DNA from: Chthoniobacterales bacterium
Lineage (GTDB): Bacteria; Verrucomicrobiota; Verrucomicrobiia; Chthoniobacterales; Chthoniobacteraceae
Direction: 5' to 3'
Length of the DNA stretch: 64,000 bases
NCBI GenBank assembly: GCA_038238555.1
Contig: JBBRXP010000001.1
Span: 2,217 to 66,216, forward strand
Below, piece after piece: positions 1 through 8,510 of this stretch; position 1 is the first letter of the stretch, and each line of letters opens with the position of its first letter. Under the pieces are notes generated by a model, which saw nothing but the letters and a program-made list of their open reading frames with translations, was not told the origin of the DNA and made no database searches. The position numbers and the translations under genes were made by a program.

Positions 1-311
1 TAACAACCCGGGCCGATCATTGTGTCCGCGCCGATCTCCACCAGTTCGCTCGCGTCGATGAAGGTGTGGCGATTGAGGTAAGTGCGCGGGCCGATAACAA
101 TCCGCGCGTGATCGTTAGTCGCGAGCAGAGTAATGCCGCGATCGAGCGCGGCGCCGGGGCTGAGGGTAATGCAGCGGGGTCGCACCGGCCACTCGATGGC
201 TTGTAACCAGCACGCGCCTTCAATGCGCATCCCCAGCGCGCGGTACCATGTTGCTCTTACCCGCGAAGCGAGGCTCTGCCACAGCTTGAGGACGCGGGTG
301 CTCAGAGCCAC
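1..311 (-). CDS. Hexapeptide-repeat (LbH) sugar O-acyl/acetyltransferase, N-terminal part only (gene continues past window start)
   Basis: Own minus-strand translation (absent from the ORF track because there is no stop in the window): V(GTG 311)ALSTRVLKLWQSLASRVRATWYRALGMRIEGACWLQAIEWPVRPRCITLSPGAALDRGITLLATNDHARIVIGPRTYLNRHTFIDASELVEIGADTMIGPGC... It shows imperfect hexad [LIV]-G periodicity as in WcaF/LacA-type transferases. The start overlaps the stop of the upstream GT2 gene. Confidence 0.55.
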   Translation of the reverse strand, partial: MALSTRVLKLWQSLASRVRATWYRALGMRIEGACWLQAIEWPVRPRCITLSPGAALDRGITLLATNDHARIVIGPRTYLNRHTFIDASELVEIGADTMIGPGC

Positions 312-1207
312 GTGCCGAGGATTTCATCGCGCCACGCGGCGGGGCGGCTGCGGAGGATCGATAGAGTAACGAAGAGCCGGTGAAGCATGAGCTTGCATTC
401 GAAGACCGGCCCGCGCAGCCCGAGCACTTCGCGCGAGACGATGCACTGGTTGCGGATGCGCATGCGCGCGAGATGGCGCACGGCCTCGCGCGGACGCATG
501 CCCGCGCCATCGCGATGCTGGCAGCGCGCGGTCTTGTGAAAGTAAAGCCGGTGCGTCTTTGCGATGCGCGCGGAGAGGTGCACGTCTTCCATGAAGCTGT
601 AGCCCTCAAACTTTGGGAAGAGTTCTCGCTGGAAAATCTCGGTGCGATAAAAGACGCAGCCCGAGTTGAGCCAGTCGGCGGGGATAAGATCGCCGGCGCC
701 TTCGCTGTAACATGGCAGGCAATTGATGGCGGGGCCGAATAGCCGCCCGCCGTAAGTGCGATCGGAGAAGCCGGCCTGGAATCGGTAATACCACCAGATC
801 CAGCCGCGCGGTTCGGGGCGAAAGATTTCTTCGATGCGCAAAGCGACGCCGCCGATTTCGCGAGCCGCGTCGGCTTCGAAGACCTCGCACACTTTCGCGC
901 ACGCCTCGGGATGCAAGCCGATGTCGTCGTCGATGAAACCGAGGAGGGGACTTTCCGCGGGATCAACCACGTTGCTGCCTTGATTGCGCTGCATCGCGGC
1001 GCTCGCGATTTCGGCGCGCTCGTAATGCACGGGCAGCCGCGCGCGCCAGTCGTCGGCGACTTCGCGCACGCGCCCGTCGCGGGAGGAATCGACGACGATG
1101 ACGGCGGCAGGTTGCGCGGTCTGGATGGAGATGCCGGTGAGCGTGCGGTCGAGTTCGTCGGGCAACGCGTGGGCGGGGATGACGAGGCTGTAAGCGAGGC
1201 GATTCAC
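302..1207 (-). CDS. Glycosyltransferase family 2
   Basis: ORF 302..1447 trimmed to GTG 1207, which forms a GTGA overlap with the stop of the upstream gene at 1204. Motifs SLVIPAHA..., VIVVDSSRDG and GFIDDDIGL fit a GT-A fold. The Arg-rich first 80 aa of the long ORF look non-coding. Confidence 0.8.
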   Translation of the reverse strand: MNRLAYSLVIPAHALPDELDRTLTGISIQTAQPAAVIVVDSSRDGRVREVADDWRARLPVHYERAEIASAAMQRNQGSNVVDPAESPLLGFIDDDIGLHPEACAKVCEVFEADAAREIGGVALRIEEIFRPEPRGWIWWYYRFQAGFSDRTYGGRLFGPAINCLPCYSEGAGDLIPADWLNSGCVFYRTEIFQRELFPKFEGYSFMEDVHLSARIAKTHRLYFHKTARCQHRDGAGMRPREAVRHLARMRIRNQCIVSREVLGLRGPVFECKLMLHRLFVTLSILRSRPAAWRDEILGTWL

Positions 1208-2127
1208 GAGCGCGTGAGGGCGGCGAGTTTTTCGGCGGCTCTGAATCCGAGCGCGTGGTAACCGGCACGGTAAGCAAGTGGTGCCGCGGGGCCGGCGAGT
1301 GCGATGAGTCCGCGAGCTTTGCGTTGAGCGTGGTAGGCGGCGGCTGCATCGGGATCGAATTTTGCGAGCGTGCGGGCCATCTCGAAACAAGCGCGGCCGG
1401 CGACGTGCTGATGCTGCGCGGTCCACAGTTCGCGAGCCGCGAGCCATTCCCGCAAGTCATCGATGAGCGCGGAGCGCACTTGCACGACGCGCCGCGGATC
1501 CTTGCGGGAGAGCGTGTCCTCGCTCCACACGCGATAGACCGCGTGCGGCGTGGGCGCGAATACAAAGCGCAGCCCGGCCTTGAGCGCGCGGAGATAAAGC
1601 TCGTGTTCCTGGCAGCACGGCTGGTCTTCCTTCCAGCCGCCGAGCGCGGCCAACGCGCTCCGCCGCCAGAGGGCGCCGCCAGTCTGCGGGATGCGCCACG
1701 CGATCCACTGCGAGTAGATGCCGAGCTCGGGGCTCGTGTCGCTTGGCGTGCGCTGGCCGGCATCTTCGATCCACACCGGGCTGTAAATGACGTCCGCATT
1801 TTCTCCGTTTTCGGCTTCCGCAAATTGCCGTTCGATCTTTTGCGGCTCGAGATAATCGTCGGCGTCGAGGAACTGAATCCACTCGCCGCTCGCGTGCGCG
1901 AGCGCCGTGTTTCGCGCGGTGTTGGCTCCGCGGTTCGCGCTGGCGATCAAGCGCACGCGGTCGCCGAAGCCGCGCGCGATTTCGGGCGAGCGGTCGGCCG
2001 AGCCGTCATCGACGACGATCACTTCCTTCTCCGGCCATGTCTGCGCCAGCGCGCTCTCCACACAGCCGGCGAGCCAGCGTTCCGTATTGAAGCACGGGAT
2101 GGCGATGCTGACCGTGGGCGCGCTCAT
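1204..2127 (-). CDS. Glycosyltransferase family 2
   Basis: MSAPTVSIAIPCFNTERWLAGCVESALAQTWPEKEVIVVDDGSADRS ... FLDADDYL is the classic GT2 signature. There is a 4-nt overlap with the upstream gene at 2124-2127. Confidence 0.9.
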   Translation of the reverse strand: MSAPTVSIAIPCFNTERWLAGCVESALAQTWPEKEVIVVDDGSADRSPEIARGFGDRVRLIASANRGANTARNTALAHASGEWIQFLDADDYLEPQKIERQFAEAENGENADVIYSPVWIEDAGQRTPSDTSPELGIYSQWIAWRIPQTGGALWRRSALAALGGWKEDQPCCQEHELYLRALKAGLRFVFAPTPHAVYRVWSEDTLSRKDPRRVVQVRSALIDDLREWLAARELWTAQHQHVAGRACFEMARTLAKFDPDAAAAYHAQRKARGLIALAGPAAPLAYRAGYHALGFRAAEKLAALTRS

Positions 2128-2879
2128 GCAGCGAGAGGATGGAGCCCGAAGGTGGCGCGCAGCCTTGCGGTGAGCGGTCGGGTGTGGAGCAGTTTTTTCA
2201 GGAGCATCTTTTTTCCGCGCCAGGAACTCAGTGCGATCCGGCTGTCGTTCTCTCCGGTGGCGGTGATGTAAACCGCGCCGAGAAAGGGCAGCTCGGCGAG
2301 AGGCGCGCCGCGGTTCTGGAAAAATTTGCCGATGACTCCGTGGCCGTGCGTGAGGATGAAGTAGGGGTCGTTGGGTTCCTCGAGCGAGGTGGGAAAATCG
2401 GCGGCGGTCAGCCGCACGATGGCGGAGGTGCCGCAGTAGTCGTCGAAGTTTTTGAGCCGGTAGAGCCAGCGGCTGCCTTCATCGTGCATGTATCCGGTTT
2501 TGAAATTCCAACCGCGCGCGCTCGGCGATGCGGAGGCGAGCGCGGCGAGGTCGCGGTGAACGCAATCGTCGGCATCCATGAACATCACGTGGGCCGGAGC
2601 GAGGTGGCGGCTGGCGATCAGGCCGCGCTTGAGCTTCCGCCACTTGTCGTTCATCCGGGAGGCGGTGGTGGGATCGGGCAGCGGAAAATCTTCCTCGATG
2701 ATCGTGAGCGCGGGATGTGTGAAGGCGATCGCGGGCCGTTCGTTGCAGACGAGGAAGACGCGGAAGTCGGACGAAGATTGCGCGCAGATCGAGCGCACCG
2801 TGCGCTCCCACAGATGCGACACGCGCCCCCAATCCTGAGAGGCGCGCGGGCTTTGCAAGGCGACGACGAAGAGGAGCAT
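2124..2879 (-). CDS. GT-A fold glycosyltransferase-like protein
   Basis: ORF 2124..3071 trimmed to ATG 2879, which overlaps the asnB-like stop (TGATG). MLLFVVALQSPRASQDWGRVSHLWERTVRSICAQSS...VFLVCNE...FMDADDCV resembles the family A glycosyltransferases found in EPS loci. Confidence 0.65.
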   Translation of the reverse strand: MLLFVVALQSPRASQDWGRVSHLWERTVRSICAQSSSDFRVFLVCNERPAIAFTHPALTIIEEDFPLPDPTTASRMNDKWRKLKRGLIASRHLAPAHVMFMDADDCVHRDLAALASASPSARGWNFKTGYMHDEGSRWLYRLKNFDDYCGTSAIVRLTAADFPTSLEEPNDPYFILTHGHGVIGKFFQNRGAPLAELPFLGAVYITATGENDSRIALSSWRGKKMLLKKLLHTRPLTARLRATFGLHPLAA

Positions 2880-4738
2880 CAGCGGGCAAGCGTGGAGACC
2901 CACACTTCGTAGAGCCACAGCGCGTAGAGCGTGCGCGCGCCGTCCCATGTGCCGCGGAGAAAATCCTGCCACGCGGTGCCCAGCAACTGGTGGTCGAGAT
3001 GCGCGCGGCAGGCGGAATCGGCGGCGAAGAGCGTGGACTCGATCTGCTCGCGCAGCGGCCCGGCCAGCCACGCGTCGAGCGGCACGGGGAAGCCGCGCTT
3101 CGGGCGATCGAGCGGCTCGCGCAGCTTGCGCGCGAGGCAGTGGCGCAGCACGAGTTTGCCGGGACCGCCGGGTGGAAGCTTGAGCGGGGAAGCCATGCGC
3201 GCGGCGAGCGCGGCCACGCGCAGATCGAGCAGCGGCGTGCGCAATTCGATGGAGGCGGCCATGCTCATCTTGTCGGCTTTTTGCAGGAGGGACTCGGCGA
3301 GCTGCCAGTCGAGGTCGAGCGTGAGCAGCTCGCTCAAGGTGTCGCGCTGCCGGCGATACACCCGCGCCGCGATTTCACGCTGCCGCGCGCGCAAGCGCTG
3401 GAGCTGATCGCCAGTCAATCCGCGCGGATGGCGCACATCGCCGGGCAGTCCTTCCATGCGCAGCGACACCGCCTCGCTCGCGCGCGAGTGATGCGCCCGC
3501 GCGCCGAGCCGCTGCCAGCGCGACGGCGCATCTCCCGTGGGCAGCAGCGGGGCAAAGGGGCGCAGCTTTTCCGAGCGCCGGAGCGTCGCGAGCATGCCGA
3601 GGTAACGGCCATCGTAGCCGGCGAAAAGTTCATCCGCGCCTTCGCCGGAGAGCAGCACTGTCACGTGCTCGCGCGCGAGCTCGCACACGCGCAGGACGGC
3701 GAATGCAGCGGGGTCGCCGATCGGTTCATCGAGATGCCGCGCGACGCGGGCGATGTCGGCGGCGAGATCGTCGGCGGTCAATTCCAGCACGTGATGTTGC
3801 GATTGAATTTCGCGCGCCGTCTCGGCCGCGCCGCGCGTCTCCGAATCCTCCCCGCCGAAGCCAACGGTGAAAGTGCGCATGCCCGACTCGTGCAAATCCT
3901 GCGCGTAGGCCGAGACGACGCGGCTGTCGAGCCCGCTGCTCAGCAACACGCCGACCGGCACATCCGCGCGGAGATGGACTTTCAAGGAATCGCGCAGCGC
4001 GGCATCCAGCGCCTCGACCGCTGGATCGAGCGCGGTGAGATCCGGCGCTTCATCGAGGGCATAAGCCCAGTACTTGCGCGTGGAAAAATCCGCGGGCCGG
4101 TCGAGCGGCACCGTGAGCAGGCTGCCGGCGGAGAGCTTGTGAATGTGCCGGAAGTGCGTGCGGGGCGGCGGCAGCGACATCCACGCGATGTAGTCGAGGA
4201 AGGCGTCGGGATCGCGCTCGCGCCCGACCCACGGCAGCGCGAAGAGGCATTTCATTTCCGAAGCAAAAGCGAGCCGCCCGCCGGCGTGCGTGTAGTAGAG
4301 CGGCTTCTGGCCGAAGTGATCGCGAGCGATGAGCAACTCGCGCCGGCGCGTATCGAGCAGCGCAAAGGCAAACATTCCGCGCAAGCGCCCGAGCATCGAC
4401 TCGCCGTGTTGTTCGTAGAGATGCACGAGCACCTCGGTATCGGTGTGCGTGCGGAAGCGGTGGCCTTGCGCGGTGAGTTCGCGCGCGAGCTCGAGGTAGT
4501 TGTAGATCTCGCCGTTAAAAAAAACGCCGACCGTCGAGTCTTCATTCCAGATGGGCTGCGCGCCGCCGGCGAGGTCGATGACGCTGAGCCGCCGCATCCC
4601 GAGCGCGAGGCCCGAGGCCACGTGCGCGCCCGCGCCATCCGGCCCGCGATGGGCGATGAGCGCGAGCATGCGGTCGAGACTGGCGCGCGCGTCGGCCTCC
4701 GCAACCGAGGGAATGACGAAACCGGCAATGCCGCACAT
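2879..4738 (-). CDS. asnB: Asparagine synthase (glutamine-hydrolysing)-like amidotransferase
   Basis: The N-terminal MCGIAG provides the Ntn Cys2 of a class II glutamine amidotransferase. LLSSGLDS is the PP-loop. The protein is 619 aa and is the first gene of the coupled EPS operon. Confidence 0.9.
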   Translation of the reverse strand: MCGIAGFVIPSVAEADARASLDRMLALIAHRGPDGAGAHVASGLALGMRRLSVIDLAGGAQPIWNEDSTVGVFFNGEIYNYLELARELTAQGHRFRTHTDTEVLVHLYEQHGESMLGRLRGMFAFALLDTRRRELLIARDHFGQKPLYYTHAGGRLAFASEMKCLFALPWVGRERDPDAFLDYIAWMSLPPPRTHFRHIHKLSAGSLLTVPLDRPADFSTRKYWAYALDEAPDLTALDPAVEALDAALRDSLKVHLRADVPVGVLLSSGLDSRVVSAYAQDLHESGMRTFTVGFGGEDSETRGAAETAREIQSQHHVLELTADDLAADIARVARHLDEPIGDPAAFAVLRVCELAREHVTVLLSGEGADELFAGYDGRYLGMLATLRRSEKLRPFAPLLPTGDAPSRWQRLGARAHHSRASEAVSLRMEGLPGDVRHPRGLTGDQLQRLRARQREIAARVYRRQRDTLSELLTLDLDWQLAESLLQKADKMSMAASIELRTPLLDLRVAALAARMASPLKLPPGGPGKLVLRHCLARKLREPLDRPKRGFPVPLDAWLAGPLREQIESTLFAADSACRAHLDHQLLGTAWQDFLRGTWDGARTLYALWLYEVWVSTLAR

Positions 4739-4831
4739 GGGTGGGGCAATGAGTTAGCGATGTTCATGCCAGTCGCCCAGAGCGAAGGAGGGCCATCCGA
4801 AGCGACGACGCCTGCGGCGGGCTGAACGCCG

Positions 4832-4855
4832 AACTTCAAACTTCAAACTTCAAAC
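4832..4855. repeat. Tandem heptamer (AACTTCA) x3.4 in divergent intergenic region
   Basis: Read directly: gAACTTCAAACTTCAAACTTCAAACgcc, between the asnB-like start (4738) and the heme-protein start (4945). Confidence 0.9.
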
Positions 4856-4944
4856 GCCAATGGTGACACTGCCCGTGTTCACAAAACTTGATGCGAGGCA
4901 GTAAAGCTCGCGCCGTCCTGCTGGATTGTCTTAGCACACGACTC

Positions 4945-7512
4945 ATGTCTCCTCGCATTTTCGCCGCTCTCTTCGCGTCCCTGGCGCTCAACGTTTCGGC
5001 CGCACCGCCGCCGGCTCCTCCAAACGTGCCGGTGGATTGCCCGCCGCAACTGCAATTTCCCAAGCCCGGAGTAACGCTCACGCTCGTCGCGGAATATCCG
5101 CAGGTCGTCACGCCGATCGGCATCGACGTTGATGCACAAGGACAGGTCTGGGTGGTCGTCTCGCACACACACTTCCGGCCCGACGGCTACCCGGGGCCGG
5201 CGCACGACGAGATCGTGGTGCTCTCCCAACCCGACGCGCACGGACGCGCGCAGAGCCGCACCGTTTTCTACAACCGCACCTCGGCCACGATGGGCCTCCG
5301 GCTCGGGCCGGACGGCTGGGTGTATCTCTCCGAGCGCGGCCGCATCCTGCGAGTGAAAGACACCGACGGCGATGGCCGCGGCGACCGCGAGGAGACCGTC
5401 GCCACACTCACGACCGAGGAGACTTATCCGCACAACGGCATGTCCGGGCTGGCGTGGCATCCCTCGGGCGACCTCGTCTTCGCGCTCGGCGAAAACATGT
5501 GGAAGGAGTGGACGCTTACCGCGGCGGATGGCGCCACGATCCGCGGTTCGGGCGAAGGCGGCATCTTCCGGGTAAAGCCCGACGGCTCGCAGTTGCGGCG
5601 CATCGCGCGGGGATTTTGGAATCCATTTGGCCTCTGCGTGCGCGCGGATGGCGAGATGTTTGCTGGGGAAAACGATCCGGGCAGCCGGCCGCCGTGCCGC
5701 TTGCTGCACATCGTGGATGGCGGCGATTACGGCTACCAGCGGGCTTACGGCGAGGCGCCCTTCCACCCGTTTGTGTGCTGGAACGGCGAGTTGCGCGGCA
5801 CGCTGCCGATGATCTGCCCCACGGGCGAAGCACCGTGCGGCGTGCAGCCGCTGGGCGGCGGGCTCATCGCGTCGTCGTGGACGGATCACCGCATCGACTT
5901 CTTTCCGCTGCAACGCCGCGGCGCCAGCTACACCTCGGAACGTGTGGCCATCGTCACGGGCGGGGAAATGTTTCGCCCCACCTGCATCGCGCGCGCGGCG
6001 GAAGGGATCTATTATTTCGCCGATTGGGTCTTCGGCTCTTATCCGCTGCACCAGCGCGGCCGGGTGTGGAAGTTGGAGATCGATCCCGCTCTCGCGCGCG
6101 ACTGGCTGAAGCCCGCGACGCCCGAGCCGCCGAACGCCGCGGCGAAGGAGTTCGCGGTGTTGCGCGCGGGAACTAAGACGGCCGACTTCGCCATGGCGCG
6201 GGGCGCCGATCCATTTCTCGCGCGCGCCGCGTTGCTCGCGCTCGCGCGGCAGGAGGCATCGTGGGCCAGTCCGGATCGCGTGGCCGGGCTGCCGGCGCGC
6301 GACCGCGTCTCCGCCTGCATCGCGCTCAAGCTAGCGCGGCCCGCGGATGAGTCGTGGGCGCGCACTTTCCTCGCGGATGAAAGTGCGGACGTGCAGTTTG
6401 AAGCGCTGCGCTGGATTGCCGACGCGCACCTCACCGCGCTGCTTCCGGAGGTCGAGGCCAAGCTCCATCAGTCCGATCTCGACTATCATCGCTTCGAGGC
6501 GTGCCTCGCCGCGGAAAATATCCTGCGGGGCAATGCGCGCGTGGGCATCAACAACCCGGCGATGCTGCTCGAACGGCTGCGCGACGCGAGCGCGCCTACG
6601 CGCGTCCGCGCCTACGCGCTGCGGCTGCTTCGGCCGAAACCGGGCCAGCTCACTGTGCCCTTCCTCCGGGAGCTGCTCGGATTGCGCGACGATGCGCTCT
6701 CCCTCGAAGTCGTCCGCGCTCTTGCGCGTGCCGGCGCCGGCGATGCACTCGCCGAAATCGCGCGCGACGAAACACGCCCCGCGCACCTCCGCGCCGAAGC
6801 CATCGCCGGCCTCGCCGCGGCGGCTGACCAGAACCTCGCACTGCTCATGGCCCTCACGCTTCACGCCGACGCGACCGTGCGCGAGGAAGCTCTGCGCGCC
6901 CTGCGCTTCACCACGCTGACCGACGAACAAAAGGAGCGCTTGCGCAACATCGCGAAACAGTTCCCCGATTCCGCCGACCTCGTGAGCGCCGTGCTCGATC
7001 CGGGCGCGCTCTCCGCGCATCGCCCCGCGCTCACCGATCTCCGCCAGTGGCAGCAACTCCTCGCCGGGCAAGCGAGCCCGCCCGATCCCCAGGCAGGCGA
7101 GCGCATCTTCTTTCATCCCCGGCTCGCGCAATGTTTCCACTGCCACCAGCACAGCGGCCGCGGCAACATCGTCGGACCGGATCTGAGCGCCGTCGCGGAT
7201 CGCGGCGACGATGCGTGGCTGCTGCAAGCCATCCTCGAGCCGAGCCGCGATGTGGCGCCGCAATTCTTCGCCGTCTCGCTCGAGCTAAAGGATGGCGCCG
7301 GCTTCGTCGGCATCATGCTGCGCGATGGCGGCGGTCCCAAGACGGTTTACCGCGACCTCACCGGAAACGAGCGCGCCATCGACAGGGCCGATGTGGTGCG
7401 GCGAGAGGAGTTGACCACCTCCGTGATGCCCGCGGGCCTGCTCGCGATGCTGACCGACCGCGAAGTGCGCGACCTGCTGGCCTTCCTCCTCCAGCGCCGC
7501 GCCAGTCCGTGA
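4945..7512 (+). CDS. Secreted PVC-type heme-binding protein: dehydrogenase-like beta-propeller + HEAT repeats + C-terminal cytochrome c
   Basis: ORF 4888..7512. ATG 4945 gives the signal peptide MSPRIFAALFASLALNVSA. Propeller blocks include FWNPFGL and GENDPGS. HEAT-like repeats are present (VRALARAGAGDALAEIARDE). The CFHCH heme c site lies at 7132-7146. Confidence 0.85.
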   Translation: MSPRIFAALFASLALNVSAAPPPAPPNVPVDCPPQLQFPKPGVTLTLVAEYPQVVTPIGIDVDAQGQVWVVVSHTHFRPDGYPGPAHDEIVVLSQPDAHGRAQSRTVFYNRTSATMGLRLGPDGWVYLSERGRILRVKDTDGDGRGDREETVATLTTEETYPHNGMSGLAWHPSGDLVFALGENMWKEWTLTAADGATIRGSGEGGIFRVKPDGSQLRRIARGFWNPFGLCVRADGEMFAGENDPGSRPPCRLLHIVDGGDYGYQRAYGEAPFHPFVCWNGELRGTLPMICPTGEAPCGVQPLGGGLIASSWTDHRIDFFPLQRRGASYTSERVAIVTGGEMFRPTCIARAAEGIYYFADWVFGSYPLHQRGRVWKLEIDPALARDWLKPATPEPPNAAAKEFAVLRAGTKTADFAMARGADPFLARAALLALARQEASWASPDRVAGLPARDRVSACIALKLARPADESWARTFLADESADVQFEALRWIADAHLTALLPEVEAKLHQSDLDYHRFEACLAAENILRGNARVGINNPAMLLERLRDASAPTRVRAYALRLLRPKPGQLTVPFLRELLGLRDDALSLEVVRALARAGAGDALAEIARDETRPAHLRAEAIAGLAAAADQNLALLMALTLHADATVREEALRALRFTTLTDEQKERLRNIAKQFPDSADLVSAVLDPGALSAHRPALTDLRQWQQLLAGQASPPDPQAGERIFFHPRLAQCFHCHQHSGRGNIVGPDLSAVADRGDDAWLLQAILEPSRDVAPQFFAVSLELKDGAGFVGIMLRDGGGPKTVYRDLTGNERAIDRADVVRREELTTSVMPAGLLAMLTDREVRDLLAFLLQRRASP

Positions 7513-7559
7513 TGAGCAATCATTCTGCCTTGTCGGAAGTCGTGGCGTGAGGAACAGCC

Positions 7560-8450
7560 TCATTCAATTCGCCGCGCGCCGGACAATACGCGTTGGAGCC
7601 ATTCGCGTGCTCTCCGACGCTCCGGAATGTCGCGCAGCGCCCAGCGGTCGTTGTGATTGGGAAACGCAATGGGCACGAAAGTGAAATCTCCGGCGACGCC
7701 GGTTTGCGCCAGGTATTGCTCGATGTCCGCCGTCGTGCGCTCCATGCAGATGAATTGCGGACGGCCCTTGAGACGCTTGAGTCGTTCGAGCGCAGACGCG
7801 CGGTCCGCGCCTGCATACGGCCACGCCGTGCGCACGCCGTCGTAATGGCTGTAGCAGAGGAAAGCGCGCCAGCGCGCGGCGATGCGCTCGTCGTGGAGGC
7901 CGATGAAGTTGCACGCGATCGAGCCGCGCGAAAAGCCGCAGAGGATGAGCGCTTCCGCGTCGCCGCCCCACTGCGCGCAGGTCTGCTCGGTGGCGGAATG
8001 GCAGTAGCGCACCGTCTCCTCCACATCGCCCCACCACAGTTTCGCGTTTTGCTTTTTGCCGTCGGCGATTTCCACGAAGGGCAGACACACCCAGATGAAT
8101 CCTTTGCCGCCGCTGAGGCCGTGGCCGAGGTGGCAGCCTTCCACTGTGCCATCGCAAGTGTCACCAAGCTTGGGATTCGAGTAGCCGCCGTTGCCGGCGT
8201 ATTCAAAGAGCACGGGAAATTTTTTCGCGGGCGCCCAATCGCTCGGAAGACACAGCGTGTGATGCGCCGCGGTGCCTTCGTAACCAGGCGCTGAAAGGCG
8301 CACGCGCTTTCCCGACGCGGGCGCGCCCTCCGTGGCTTCCGGCACGATGAGGTCTTCCGGTACGGAGGCGAAATCGCGCAGCGCCACATCGGCGCCGGCG
8401 GCGCAACGCAGGAACCAGAAGGAAAGGATGGCGAAGCGGGAGGAGAACAT
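7560..8450 (-). CDS. Secreted alpha/beta-hydrolase (esterase-like)
   Basis: ORF 7560..8501 trimmed to ATG 8450 (MFSSRFAILSFWFLRCAAG signal peptide). Motifs: FPVLFEYAGNGG and LCGFSRGSIAC, a nucleophile-elbow-like segment. The first 17 codons of the long ORF are a translation of a REP element. Confidence 0.5.
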   Translation of the reverse strand: MFSSRFAILSFWFLRCAAGADVALRDFASVPEDLIVPEATEGAPASGKRVRLSAPGYEGTAAHHTLCLPSDWAPAKKFPVLFEYAGNGGYSNPKLGDTCDGTVEGCHLGHGLSGGKGFIWVCLPFVEIADGKKQNAKLWWGDVEETVRYCHSATEQTCAQWGGDAEALILCGFSRGSIACNFIGLHDERIAARWRAFLCYSHYDGVRTAWPYAGADRASALERLKRLKGRPQFICMERTTADIEQYLAQTGVAGDFTFVPIAFPNHNDRWALRDIPERRRAREWLQRVLSGARRIE

Positions 8451-8481
8451 GATCGGGTGTCGCGGCGAAGACGCCGCGGGA

Positions 8482-8510
8482 ACTTCCTGCGACGAGGACA
8501 TCGCAGCTAC
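8482..8510. repeat. REP-like hairpin element (family GTAGCTGCGAYGNCCTCGTCGCAGGAAGT), single copy
   Basis: ACTTCCTGCGACGAGGACATCGCAGCTAC read directly. It overlaps the ribBA stop codon (8507-8509). Confidence 0.85.

Noticed and set aside
302-1447. Long N-terminal extensions of several track ORFs (302..1447, 2124..3071, 9919..11034, 28704..30272, 47667..49250, 52549..53598, 55607..56548)
   Set aside because: The extensions are Arg-rich, overlap the upstream gene, and precede an internal start. That start gives a signal peptide or a canonical N-terminus, often with a 1-4 nt start/stop overlap. The trimmed coordinates were used instead.
2990-4825. 611-aa plus-strand ORF
   Set aside because: It is antisense to the clearly recognisable AsnB-like gene. 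Its composition is Arg/Ala/Gly/Glu-rich with no motifs. This is a typical shadow ORF of GC-rich DNA.
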